DNA of 64,000 nucleotides from an uncultured Alphaproteobacteria bacterium (GTDB lineage Bacteria; Pseudomonadota; Alphaproteobacteria; Rhizobiales; Beijerinckiaceae): NCBI GenBank assembly GCA_963832175.1, contig CAWHTC010000003.1, positions 886,080 to 950,079 of the forward strand, read 5' to 3'. Shown piece by piece: positions 63,126 to 64,000 of this stretch (position 1 is its first letter; each line of letters starts with the position of its first letter). The notes under the pieces were generated by a model. It saw only the letters and a program-made list of their open reading frames with translations, ran no database searches and was not told where the DNA came from. The position numbers and the translations under genes were made by a program.

Positions 63126-64000
63126 TAGAGCGGGTCCCGATTAGGTGGACCCGTATCCGGCATTGCGAAAATAGTTGAAGCATTCGGTTGGAGGGAAGTC
63201 GTCGAGAGCTAATCCGATGCCATCCCACAGAGCATCGACGGTTCGGTGGGCCATTTTGCGCAACGTATTTTTGAGCTTGGCGAAGACTTGTTCGATGGGA
63301 TCGAAGTCAGGACTGTAGGCGGGCAAGAAGCACTGCGTCGCCCCGGCGGCTTCGATGGCTTTTCGAACGCCGGCGCGTTTATGGGAACCGAGATTATCCA
63401 TCACCACGATTTCGCCAGGCGACAAGGTCGGCACCAGAACCTGCTCGACATAGGCGAGGAACTTTGCGCCGTTAATGGGACCGTCGAAGACACAAGGAGC
63501 GGTGATGCGATCGTGGCGCAACGCCGCCAAAAAGGTCGTCGTCTTCCAGTGGCCGAACGGGGCGTGAGCGATAAGTCTCTTGCCTCTTTCACATCGCCCA
63601 TAGCGAGGTGTCATGTTGGTCGAGGCCCAGGTCTCATCGATGAATACAAGCCTTTGAGGATCAAGACTTTTCTGCTTATCGCGCCAAGCGAGACGTGCGG
63701 CCCGGACATCCGCTCTTTCTTGTTCGGCGGCGTGCAGAGTTTTTTTTAAAGGTCAATTGCAGATGCCGCAAAAAACGCCCAACGGCGGACCGCCCGACTT
63801 TGATCTCGAGCGTCGTCAGCTTGCTCCACAGCTCCGTGATCGTCAGCTCGGGCTGCACCGCCACCAACGCCCGCACCTTATCTTCATGCGCAGCCAGCGC
63901 GTGCCGCTTATGGCCGCCAAACTTTCGCGGCAGACAACCGCCTGTTATCTCAAACTGCTGCATGAGCTTGATCACGCAGCTCGCACTGACATCAAAGCTG
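63126..64000 (-). mobile_element. IS630-family element, 3' part (two ORFs joined by TTTAAAAAAAA slippery site)
   Basis: [31 protein letters not shown] at 63126. Confidence 0.92.

Overview
High-GC alphaproteobacterial chromosomal segment. Gene content and intergenic repeats suggest Hyphomicrobiales, possibly Beijerinckiaceae (inference). Housekeeping genes: rpsA, ilvC, tkt-gap-pgk, fabZ, olsA/olsB-like pair, purD, cyclophilin, queA-tgt, ribF, apt, mtaP, pheT. Secretion genes: a Tad pseudopilin trio and a T2SS cluster (gspE-N, no gspD). There are many IS elements and remnants (IS630, IS5, IS481, IS4, IS6), MITE-like repeats and a perfect parS site. Best candidate for a novel system is 7389-10172. 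Six small genes share a conserved N-terminal leader (M-x-x-PGF[N/T/D]A[D/E/G]ASL..T...Y...[V/I]xP[Q/A]) fused to hypervariable Cys-rich cores, with CX3C helical-hairpin patterns and one knottin-like C-C-CC-C-C motif hidden in an unannotated frame. They flank a fragment of a cyanobactin PatA/PatG C-terminal (DUF) domain. A second accessory island (53.6-59 kb) has repeated modules of a CCCC-N6-GGGG palindrome, GAF-LuxR regulators and divergent small secreted or membrane genes. About 13 genes carry single frameshifts or stops, mostly at homopolymers, so sequencing error versus decay is unresolved. Bases 1-112 are identical to 63889-64000 (IS630). No rRNA, tRNA or CRISPR array was recognised.
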